Origin: Narcine bancroftii
Lineage: Eukaryota
Assembly (NCBI RefSeq): GCF_036971445.1
Contig: NC_091471.1
Span: 289,106,001 to 289,170,000, forward strand
DNA length: 64,000 nucleotides
Reading direction: 5' to 3'
The position numbers and the translations under genes were made by a program. Each line of letters starts with the position of its first letter. Position 1 is the first letter of the stretch. Below are positions 27,467-38,897 of the stretch, piece after piece. The notes below the pieces were generated by a model that saw only the letters and a list, made by a program, of their open reading frames with translations, did not search any database and was not told where the DNA came from.

Positions 27467-27900
27467 TACATATGTATAAATAATATAGGAGCAAGTCAAT
27501 CTAAAAATATAAATCTATCTATAAATTGATCTAAACTGTGGAGCACAGATTCACCTTGCAGGCCAGATATTGAGAGAACTTTAAATTTTTAAACCAACAC
27601 TTTTCATAAACAGGCTCCATATTTTCAAAAATAAATGATAGTTTTTGCATAAATTATAAGAATTTTTTTTCAAGTGGAATAACTGAACGCAATTCTGCGG
27701 GCCGTCTCTCTAAGCCTAAACCTACATTAGGTTTCCATGTAGTAGCAATACATTTCTTTGAAACAGCTAAAGCAATTCGCATAAATTCTATTTGATACAT
27801 AGTTAATCCCAATTACCCTAAACCTAACCCTAACCCTAACCCTAACCCTAACTCCTAAACTGTCTTCAATGCACCAAAACTGCGAATTCATAAATCAAGA
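27215..27900 (-). mobile_element. L1-like LINE 3' fragment containing a (TA)n tract
   Basis: The minus strand gives FMRIALAVSKKCIATTW, as in L1 ORF2 C-termini. TA microsatellite at ~27392-27462. Confidence 0.65.
27823..27852. repeat. Short (CCCTAA)n/(TTAGGG)n telomere-like array, 5 units
   Basis: CCTAAC x5 read directly. Confidence 0.85.
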
Positions 27901-28229
27901 CTAAAATAGGGATCGGATTTGAATGTTAAAAAAGATGAAAATCAAATAAAAATTATATGTAAACAAAATTAATATTAGGTATAGGTTAGTAAAATATAAA
28001 TTTATTCATCTATTATATCTAATACCCAAGAAGTTAATGAAATTTAATACGACATTATCAGATTTTTGTTTTAGATATAAGAAAGAAGTCGGCTCTTTTC
28101 TAAATTCCACTTGGTTTTGTCCAAAAGTATATACATTTTGTTCTGAAATTAGTACATTCATGTTTATTCTATATTCAGAAGTTCAGATCAGAAATGGTCA
28201 CCACTCCTTCACATTCAGAAATGCTTTAC

Positions 28230-28700
28230 AGTCTTTTCTCTGGGCAAATTCATCAATTACACCAGAAAAATTAAGCACTGATGATGTTCAAAATTGCTAA
28301 TCCATTCAAACGTTCTTGCACTATTGTGAACCGAAAGTATGAATTAATTCGTTTGAGGGCACTGAAGCTCCTCTCATTAGGGGCCACTATTGTTGGCAAT
28401 GACCCAAAAATGCCCAACGCTATGAGGACATTTTGGAAAACATTCCCCTATCTCAAGTTCAATATTTGACCATAAACTTTCCACAGTAACACAGCATCGA
28501 GGTTGAAATTCATATCACAAATTCTTTTAAGAAGCACCACATCACTCTGAATGTCAAAGTAATTTTCAGCATCCTTTTGAGTTGGGTACCCCCTGCAAGT
28601 AGCAGAACTATCTGGCACACCAATTTTGATTGACACATGCCATGCTTCTTCAAGTAGGATGTCTAGCAAGGAAGTCAGGAATTGATTCGGTGTTTTTGCA
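28230..28700 (-). mobile_element. hAT transposase C-terminal (dimerization domain) remnant
   Basis: The minus strand reads FQNVLIALGIFGSLPTIVAPNERSFSALKRINSYFRFTIVQERLNGLAIL, the hAT dimerization-domain signature. Confidence 0.8.
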
Positions 28701-28711
28701 GCTTCTTGCAA

Positions 28712-29620
28712 TTTGGCAAGTTTGCTGATGGCACCAAGATAGGTGGTAGAGTAGGAAGTGTTAAAGAAACAGAAAGGTTGCAGAGAGACTTGGACGGCTT
28801 AGGAGAATGGGTAAAGAAATGGCAGATGAAATACAATGTTGAGAAATGTACAGTTGTACATTTTGGAAGAAGAAATAAACAGGCAGATTATTATTTGGAT
28901 GGGGAGAAAATTCAAAATTTGGACGTGCAAAGGGGCTTGGGGAACCTCGTGCTGGATAACTTTCAAGTTAATCACCAGATTGGATTGGCAGTAAAGAAAG
29001 CGATCGCTATGTTGGTATTCATTTCAAGAGGAACAGTAGGTAAGAATAAAGAGGTGTTGATGAGGCACTAGAGAGACCTACCTCATTTGGTTTACTTTGT
29101 AAAGTTTTGGACTCCTTATCTTAAAAGGGATGTAATGATGTTGGAGAGAGTACAGAGAAGATTTACCAGGTTGATTCCTGGAATTCAAGGGCTACCATAT
29201 GAGGAACGTTTAGTGGCTCTTGGATTGAATTCATTAGGAGTATAGAAGAATGAGAGGGGATCTCAGTGAAACATTTTGAGTGCTGAAAGGATTAGACCGA
29301 GTAGATGTGAATAAAATATTTCCCTTGGTAAATCCAGAACAGCACAGTCTTAGAATTAGAAGGTACCAATTTAAAAAAAGAGATGAGGAGAAATTTCTCA
29401 AGACAGAGGGTCATGGATTTGTGGAATTTGTTGCCACATACAGCCATGGAGGTGCGATCATTGGGGGAGTTTAAGGGGGATATTGATAGTATCTAATTAG
29501 ACAAAGTATCAAGTGAAATGGGGAAAAGGCTGGAACTCAGAACTAGATGTGAGAACAGTTGAGCTCAGGGGCATTTGCGGAGAAAACTTGATAGACCGAA
29601 CATCATGTTCCTTGATCTTG
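28712..29620 (+). mobile_element. CR1-clade LINE 3' fragment
   Basis: KFADGTKIGG, LQRDLD, WQMKYNVEKC, LERVQRRFT and KGLDRVD. Confidence 0.88.
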
Positions 29621-32600
29621 TGAAATAGGTCGCCAGTCACAAAGATTGCTTTGTTGTAATATACCAGCTCATTATATCTGGAAAGTTCCTGGAGACCCAA
29701 AAGGGTTGTGGATTTGGATCATTGGGATACTTAGAGAGGAATTAGACATTTTTTCATTGCCAACTATACTTAAAACTTTGGACATTAGCACCAATCACAG
29801 TGTGACACAACTGGTCACAGGCCTCCAATCTTAAAAACAACCCTCCATTGCTACCATCTGCCTCACATGCAGGACCTTGTCAAAGGCATTGCTAACATCC
29901 TTGTACAAAATGAATGCTGCCCAGTCCTCACTGATCCTCTTGGCAACCTCGTCAAGGAACCCATTCAAATTAGTGAGATGCAACTATCCATGCGCAAAGA
30001 CATGACTCTCACATATCCTTGCCTGTTCAAATTCAATGATGTTCTGACTCTGAGTCCGCTCCAGTACACTTTTCCACTGCTGATGCGAAGCTTCCTGGTC
30101 TGAAGCTCCGTGGGTTTTCCTTGCAGCTCTTTGTGAATGGAGGCACAATATAAACCATGCTCAAATCTACCAATACTTCACCCTTGGCTAGCAAAGGTAC
30201 ACAAATCTTTACTAGAGCCTCAATATTCTCCGACCTTGCTTCCCACAATGTTCCACCATGTATTTAGTATTGCAGGTTAACTTTCATTTGAAACTTTCTG
30301 TGCAGTGATGCAATCACAAAGCTGATTCCGCAGTCTGCCTTGATTATCGAGACAATTCGCCGCCTCCCCCACCCCAACCCCGAGATCTTCCCTGTCATAG
30401 GAGTGAGTCTTTTAGGCAATTTAGTGCACCCCACATGACTTCAAGAAACAGCTGAGATTACTGGGTACAGCAGAGTCTCTGGGACCAGATCACATCCCAG
30501 CTGTAGCACAGAACCAGCTAGGCCTTGAATCGATCCATTCCAACTCAATCCACCTAACAATGTGGGAAGTTGCTTGGGTTTATTCTGTTCAACAAATATA
30601 GGAGAAATTCAATGCAATGAATAACGGGCCAATCAGTCAACTTTCAACCATCAAAGGTGGAAGGGTCTCTACAAATGTATCAAAGGGGACTAATGCAACA
30701 ATATTGCAATAATTAATGCCTTACTTGTATTTCTGCAAGAACATCAATATAAAGATATAGAAATGTGGACAAGGCATGAACCTAGTTGCACTCAAGAACT
30801 AGTTGGGACCCCAGCATGCTGTTCCAATTCAGCTTTAACTCTGGCATTTGGCTGGCATTATAGAATCATTGCTCAGGTATGTCCTATTCACAAAAAATAT
30901 GGAAATATTAATTCCAGTTCATTCCCATTTAATCATCAGTAAAGTCACACGTCCTAAATAACTAATGTCCAGCTTGTATTTCCCTGGAGATTACCTGCTT
31001 CCGACCTTATCCAAACCTTGGTCACAACACGGATCAAATAGTTGTATTTAAGACCAATCCAAAGAATCAGAACTCAATTATATGATGACCAGACACTGAA
31101 TTGATGTCCAATTACGCATCTCCTTCATTTTAGTAGAAAGCAAACCAAGTTTTGCCAATGTAATGAAGGTGATCTCAATGTGTCCCATTTATATCATGGT
31201 GGGGGTGGCTGATGGACATTCCCTCCTGCAGAACTCAGTGAATAAATCAGTTGGGAGATGTTCTTCCACCATGGCTAAACTTCTGAAACAATTGTTGTCC
31301 TTTAAACTTCAGGGAGCCCTGAAGATGATATCCCTTTACATAGAACAATGTTGTACAGCACAGACCCTTCAACCCATAGTGTTTTGGTGACCTATATAAA
31401 TCACAACTATCTAATATTTCTCCACCTTACATGCATAACACTCCATTTTGCTGATATCCATGTCCTTTTCCAAGAGTCTTTAAACAGTCAAGTGACTGAT
31501 AGATACAAGACTCACATCTTAGTAACAACAGAATCTCTGATATTTGGGTAATGAGGTATAAAAAGCAGATCTGAGCGTCTTGTCTGAGTTCAGGACAGTC
31601 CCCCTCCTTAAAATAGCAGCTTGTTTCCTGCTGGCACCGCAGATGTTTGCTATTTTCACACGTAGGCAGAAGATAAGTTGAACAATTTTAGAATTACAAT
31701 TTAAAATGGTTGCTTGTCCCACAGCTCAATAATGTCCACTATATCATGGAGTTTCTTCTCACTGGATCAGGTCAGAATCCCCCTCCATTTACAATTTAGT
31801 CCAGCTTGATGAAGCTGATCAGAAGTTTTGTAAACTGAGTGAAGCAGCAACAACTCTCTGCAGACTTGCCCGTAGCCATCCACATTCTGTTTTCAATTGA
31901 GTGAAGTTGGCTTCCAAAGTCCTCGTTTTATTTGAAATTTAACTCTCCAGATAAATGTTAGAGACTAACAGAGGACTGGTCATTCACATTCTGATGTACA
32001 TTGATAACCAGGTGGAATCTTATAGTCGGATGGCATTGGGACCTCAGCACAATCTATAATGTTGTCTCCACAGAGGGTAACAGGTTGATTCAAGTTAAAA
32101 ACACTGGGACTAAACACTCAGTAATGTTGCATAAACTGAAGGATTCACTTCCATTTTGCATTCTCTACATCTTAAAATTCTGCAGCGAGGATTTTGGTGA
32201 AAGGAAAATGTTTTAATCAATTTCTTATGTGAACAACAGTTGATGAAGCGACTTAACTTGTGCATCAAAGTCCTTTGGTTTAGATTCTCTACAGATGAGA
32301 GATTCACAGGGGAAGATGATTGGATCTGACTCCAATATAACAGTTGATTATTGGAATTGGGTCCTGACATTTTAACTTAGTGACTGGACAGAGCAGAATC
32401 AATGCTGGAAATTGAAAAATATACACAAATATTTACTTTACCAATGCTCTAAAATACTGAAGATTTTTCACTGAAAGACAGTTGCCAGCAATGGAGTTAC
32501 TGTCTCAGCATCACATTTCCACATTAAAGGGTAACAGAATGGTTAGCTCACTGACAGAGGCCATTCTGTCCATTGCTTCCGTACCAGCCTAATGTCCCTC

Positions 32601-34704
32601 ACCAGGTCATCAGCAATTAAGAGCACCTCAGTATCAGTCCCCTCTCCTCTTTCCCACAGTCATGAATCTCCCTGCATTATTACAGTGCACTCCCATCCAT
32701 CACCACTCACTGTGTAAGGAGGGTTTCCTTCATGTTACTTTGCCCATTCTCTTTTGTTCCATGTCCCCTTGTTCTTGAACCTCCTCCAATGAAACTATTG
32801 CTCTCTTCGTACTCTATCTGGTCACTCTATTATTTTAAATCCAACTATTACAACTTCTTGCAAAGTCCTCCTTTCTGAGAAGAACAATGGCTGTTTCTCC
32901 TGTCCATTAACACCAACAAGTAAATTCAATTTCCAGATATTAATTTCCCTGTTGCATCTCTCAGACTGCTATAAGTAATAGAGATCCTGGATTTAGTCTC
33001 AAGGACAATGAAGGTCCATCCAGATATTTTTATATCAGGATAGTGTGTGACCTTGAAGAAGTCTGAAAAAGTAACAACAGACTTATTTTCTAATTGTAAA
33101 TCTCTGCAGTCACTGTACCCTGATGGTGAAGAAATTGCACATTCAGGGTGGTGGATAAGGTGCCTGTGCCTGCATGATATTGCCCACTGTTGTTCGGGTG
33201 TTCTCATGCAGACAAGATGAGAGTATTCCATCATGTACTTGACATCGTGCATGGAAATGCGGGAAAGGCTTTGTGTTATCAGGAGGTGAGTCATTCCCCT
33301 CAACACCGACAGCCTTTGATTTTCTTTCTTTCCTGCAGCATTCTTACTTCTGGTCCAGTTAAATTTATGGTCATTGATGATTTCCAGAAGATTGGCAGAG
33401 GGTGGCTAAATGATGTGATGGGAGTGAATGAAAAAGGTCGGTGGTTTGTCACACGTTCACTGGTCTTCATCCTTGTCTGGCGTGTCTTTAATCTGTCATT
33501 TATTAGCCTATGTGGATGTTGTTATGTCGTATGGGTTTTGATCAAGGGTTATGATCAATGAATAACTCCACTTCTGATCTTCTGATGGAAAAAAGGGTCT
33601 TGATGAATGAGGTGAAGATGCTTGGTGTTGTAACCATGGCCAGTAATGTTAAATGAGGAACCGAACTCTCACTCTTGGTTACCCAGAGTAATGAAATGAC
33701 AGACATAGAGGTTTGCCAAAACACTAGGCTCTTTACTTCGATTCTCAAGACATAGACAATTTAAGCAAAAGTCACAAGGCAATCTCATGAATCCTTCAGT
33801 TAATAGATGGCTCTGATGGCAACACCCACTCCTGGTGACTGTGAGTCAAGCTGATTAGGACTCCCTAGCACTTGGTGTGAGGGCTCTGCCAAAAGGAACA
33901 TTTGTAGTTGTGTTCTGGGACCTGCAACAACCACAACATTCTTCAAGTGAGGGATGATTCAACCCATTGGTATGTTCTCGCTTGCAACCAGTTCGCTCTA
34001 GTGTTGCCAGGACTCCTTGGTGTTCCACTTGCTGCCACTCTCATCCTATCGTTAGAATTCAAATCTTTGGTTTTGAACCAAAACTGTAATCAGTCATTGA
34101 AATCTGGGTCTGAGAGCCCAATAACCTGTTTTCCAGCCCACTCAGTTCATACTGACCACAGCGCTAATCCCACATTTAGCCTTGTGAAAAATTCATCTTC
34201 TCCATTTGCTTCTGAAATGTTGTGAAATTACTTCCCTCCACATCTCCTCAGGCAGTACCTTCCAGATTCCACTCATTCATTTAGACCACTTATCGTCACC
34301 TCTAAACCTCTCATCTCACCTCTCATCTTCCAGCCCTACCTTCTTGTTTCAGCCTTCCCCTCCCCCCCCCACCATATATAAGAGCTATATTCTTCATTAT
34401 TTTAAAAAATTATCTTATCGATCATCAGCTTCCTCTACTCCAGGTAAACAGCCCCAACCTGTCTAACAACTTTTTATTTTTGAAATCTTCCAATCCAGGC
34501 AACATCTGGTGAATCTCTCAAAAGCAATGAATAGGGCCCCATCTAACAGTGGACATGATCTTCCAGACATGGCCAGACCAAAGAATGACAAAGTTGTGGT
34601 GTGATATCTTTACTCTGTGCCATGTGTAATAAAGGAGGGTGTTCCAAATGACTTATTCTCCAAACATCCGACTTTGCTACCATTTATTGGCATTATTAGA
34701 TTGG

Positions 34705-35145
34705 TCTCCTGTCAATTGGAGGAGCAACACCTAACTCCTGTCTCGGCCCTCTCCAGCCAGATGGCATTAACATCAAATTCTCTGGTTTCTGCTAGCCTAC
34801 TCCCTGCTCTTCCACACTCATTTCCATGACTGTCTTCTTTCATCCAGCTCTCTATACCCTTCTCTCTCCATTTACAGACCCATTCACCCCTCCCTTTGTT
34901 TGCTGGTGTGGCCTCCCTCCATTCATCTGTAACACCCTTGCCATAGAGTGTGCTCGTTTTCTGGCCCACAACCTAGCACTTTTGTTTGGGCACCTGACAA
35001 CATTTTGCCCACATTTTCAAAAGGGCTCAAGCTCAGAACATTGATTATGTACCTTTATCTTTGCTGAATAAAGGACACTGTTTGACTTGCTGCGTTTCTC
35101 CAGCATTGTGCTTTTACTTCAACCATGGTGTCTGCAGATTTTGCT
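34705..35145 (+). mobile_element. Penelope-like 3' end and tail fragment (paralog of 12710-13125)
   Basis: QLEEQHL..QPDGINIKFSG followed by a tail with TTTCTCCAGCATT. Confidence 0.65.
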
Positions 35146-37103
35146 TCAGTCTGCTGCAAAATTCTGTGAAATCTCTTTCAGAGATGCCAGCTCTGAAGAA
35201 GTATTCATTTGCTCTCTGAAGGGAGGTCTGTGTGATTTTTCTCACTGATCCCCATCTTAATCCCTGCTGTTCTCAAGCTCTATGGCCAGAGTCACTTCCA
35301 CAGCCATGTTTCCCTCCACTCTACTTGCCTCTGCCTCCATCTTGTACCTCGTGTCTTCCAGCTCCAGTTCAAGACCTCCCAGTTTGGGTGCAGTAAGGAT
35401 CTGAAGGAGCTACAGGGCATTGTTTGCTGCACTCTTGGCTTTACTCAATATATTCTAAGCACCACACTTGGCTTGATGCAAAATTCCATTAGCTTTCTTC
35501 CATTGGATTTCTGAATGAAAATTGAAGGCCAGAATGAACCTCACTTTTCTCTACTTTCTGCACTAATTTTTATAAATGTTAATTTATAGCAATTTTGCAC
35601 CTGTAATGATACTGCAAAACAACAAATTTTGTGACATGATCCTGACAATAAATTCTAAGTCTGACCCTGATTCTGCTTCAGGGCCTTTCTTTGCCCTCTT
35701 CATTTCTACTTTACATTCGTTCTGTGTGTTGCACTGTTAGCACTCATCAAGTGAGGCTCCAATTTCAGTTACATATAAGCTTCCTTGATATATGCTTCTC
35801 TAACGAATGGCAAGGTAACTTTCACATTTGCAGGAGCACATTGTCCCTGAGCCTCACCCCATCAGTTTTGAATGACTCTCACTGGTTGAATAGTTCTCCT
35901 CGATGTCACTTCAGCGCTGATCATCTTTATCCCTTTCTATAATTCCCTTGAAACTGACAGAAGTGTAATCACAATTCCCATTATAAACCCCCCAATGACA
36001 CATCCACAACTTGCTGACCTTCATTTCAAAGATGTACTGGTTCCAAATCGATAAGATCTGCTGGGAATATCGACGTGCACTTGAAGCATCTCTTCTGGAT
36101 GTACATTACAATTATGACCCCATCTCCTTCACTCACTGTCAGACAATCCCAGTTCATATTTAGAATATTAAAATCTCCCATTTTAAACCATTCTCTCATA
36201 AGTCTACATATTTGGTCCTCTATTGCCCGCTGACTGCTCTGGATCTCAGGAGTCAGGTCACAGAGCTAAAGAGTGATACAGTACAGAAAAATGCCTCTGC
36301 CCCCATCTTGTACATCGTGTCTTCCAGCTCCAGTTCAAGACCTCCCAGTTTGGGTGCAGTAAGGATCTGAAGGAGCTACAGGGCATTGTTTGCTGCTCTC
36401 TTGGCTTTACTCAATATATTCTAAGCACCACACTTGGCTTGATGCAAAATTCCATCAGATTTCTTCCATTGGATTTCTGAATGAAAATTGAAGGCCAGAA
36501 TACAATATCCAGCCAACTACTTTGCTATCTACACTGCTCTAACCACCCTGCATTTGGTCTGTATATTTCTCTGCCCTGGCCACATAAGTATTGGCTGTAA
36601 TGTCTCTTCAATATCGTGATTGTATCTCACATCAACATCTTCTGGCAGTGAATTCCAGATATTAAACAACCTCTGTGTCAAAAAAGTTTCACTCAGACCC
36701 TTTTAAATTTTCTCCTTTCATTTTTTTTATCCTCTATTCTCTTGTTTTTGTAATTAATGCAGGGAAAAGATATTCTGACAATCTATTCTCTCCATGCCCT
36801 GTATAATGTTATAATTCTTTATGTATATAGGTTCTCATTGAATGTAAAATCTGGACATCAGTGTGCAGTTTATTGCTCCATCAGTGTCACTTGACAACAG
36901 TGCTGATGACCCTTCCACCTTTGCCGATGATTAAGTGATGACTGATCAGGTAGTAATGAGCCGAATTGGGTTTGTCCTACTTTTGGTGAACAGAACACAC
37001 CTGGCCTGCTTCCACCAATGTCAACAGACAGAAATGTTATTACTGTCTGGGAACAGCTAGGGTAAATGCTAGGTCAGTTGTTCCTGAATGTAACACCCTA
37101 TCG

Positions 37104-38897
37104 CACACATGTCAAACTCTGGCCCGCGGGCCCGCAATATAATTATATTTGGCCCGCAAGATCATATCAAAAATGTATTAGAGGTGGCCCACTGGCCGCC
37201 GTGCCAGTATAGCGCATGCACAGTAACCGCTGTGTCCCAGGGTGAGAGAGAAAGAGAAAAATCCTGGTCCTTGAAAAGTAGAGGTGGGTGGTTTTATAAA
37301 CACGCTGTCATGTCCCCCCGCCCACCCCCCCCCCCCACCGCAGCGCAGCTTGGCTGGTGTCAGGGGAAGCCAAGGCCGCTTCCCAGTGCCCAGAACCCCA
37401 GTGGCACAGCGTTTCTTCGAGCTGCAGATGGAGTCGGGACGCCGGAGGGAAGCTTGGGGCTCCCCGCCAGGCGATGGGGGCACCGACCGCCGGCCGCCCT
37501 GCGCCTTCCCTCCAGACCAGCGGCAGGTGCCCGGAGTACACGTGGAGAGCGAGGCTGGTTGGGCAGGTAGGGTGGAACCCCCCCGCCAATCTCGGGAGTG
37601 GCATGGGCTGGATCGGGATTAGCCGCGCTCACCTGCTCCTCAACCACTGACCGGGATCCCAGCGCGGTCCTGAGCGTGGAGACTGCCCTGGAAAGGTCCT
37701 GGGACACCGGCATGGAAAGAAGAGCAGTGTCCGTAGAACATTACAGATCAGAAACAGGCCCTTCGGCCCTTTGACTCTACCTCGTGAAAACCCAACACTG
37801 GAGAAACTCAGCGGGTTAAACCGTATCCTTTATCCAGCAGAGAGGTACCTGACAATGTTTGGCCCTTGATCCCTCTCATCAATGTATGAGCGAAAGTCTG
37901 TGGTTCTCATAAAAACACCAGAAGGGAGAAACTCAGCGGGTCAAAGGGGGGTCCGAGAGAAACTCAGCAGGACAAGGGGGAGGGGTCCGGGAGAAACTCA
38001 GAAGGTCAAGGGAGGGGGTCCGGGAGAAACTCAGCAGGTCAAGGGGAGGGGGTCCAGGAGAAACTCAGCAGGTCAAGGGAGGTCTGGGAGAAACTCAACT
38101 GTTCAAGGTGGGTCAGGGAGAAACTCAGCAGGTCAAGGGGTGTCCAGCAGAAACTCAGCGGGGGCCTGACCTCACCAGGACCGTTGCCCACTCCCCCTCC
38201 CTGCCGCAGGCCGACCTGCGACTCACGGTGACGGGACCGCTGATCCGCCGAGATGCTGCCCTGCAGCGAGAGCCGATGCCCCCGCACTGTCGTTGTCCAA
38301 CCCGATCGCCCGCAAACCCCGCCCTCCCGCACACAGGCCTGAGTAAGTATTATGAACTTTAATCTCAGGATAAAACGATCTTCCAATTGTTTCATGTCAC
38401 AGTGATAAATATATTCCTGGTTAAAAATGGTCCTGCACCTGGATACAAGCTCATTAGGCATAAAACTTGAAAAGTGTGTAAATCAAAGGATATCTGTACC
38501 AATGGAAAAAGTGCATGGCAAATAACCCTGCTAGAGTTCATGCCCACAATCAGTCACCCATTTGATTGTTTCAGGAATCATGTTATTCTCCCACATTCTC
38601 AATAGCCCTCAGATTTTACTATTCAACAGCACACTAGCAACATTTGACAAATCCTCTAGAGAGCAATGTTATTTATTGAATATTTTATTTCTCATTTGTT
38701 AATGCTTCTGGAAAGAGTTTATCCAAAACTATTATTAAACATTTATTTTAATAAGTAAAAGTTTAACATTACATATGTTGAAAGAAGAGAAAACATGTAG
38801 ATGTTGTTGAAAATTTTCAATAAATATTTAGTTCGGCCCTCAACTTAGTCCAAGTTTTTAATTTTGGCCCTCCGTGAATTTGAGTTTGACACCCCTG
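37104..38897 (+). mobile_element. hAT (Charlie-type) element of the same family as 13834-14629, carrying ~1.4 kb of non-homologous internal cargo (Pack-type)
   Basis: Perfect 8-bp TSD CCCTATCG (37096-37103, 38898-38905). Same TIRs as the sister copy. The first ~120 bp and last ~240 bp match the 13834 element, while the interior 37225-38655 is unrelated and GC/CpG-rich. Confidence 0.9.
37924..38165 (+). repeat. G-rich minisatellite, ~8 units of 30-34 bp (GGAGAAACTCAGCAGGTCAAGGGG..GTCC)
   Basis: Units read directly. The core equals the Penelope-tail motif also seen at ~37800 and ~52290. Confidence 0.9.

Noticed and set aside
37924-38165. Repeat array superficially like a CRISPR array
   Set aside because: There are no unique spacers, the units are contiguous and degenerate, the context is eukaryotic, and no cas genes are present.
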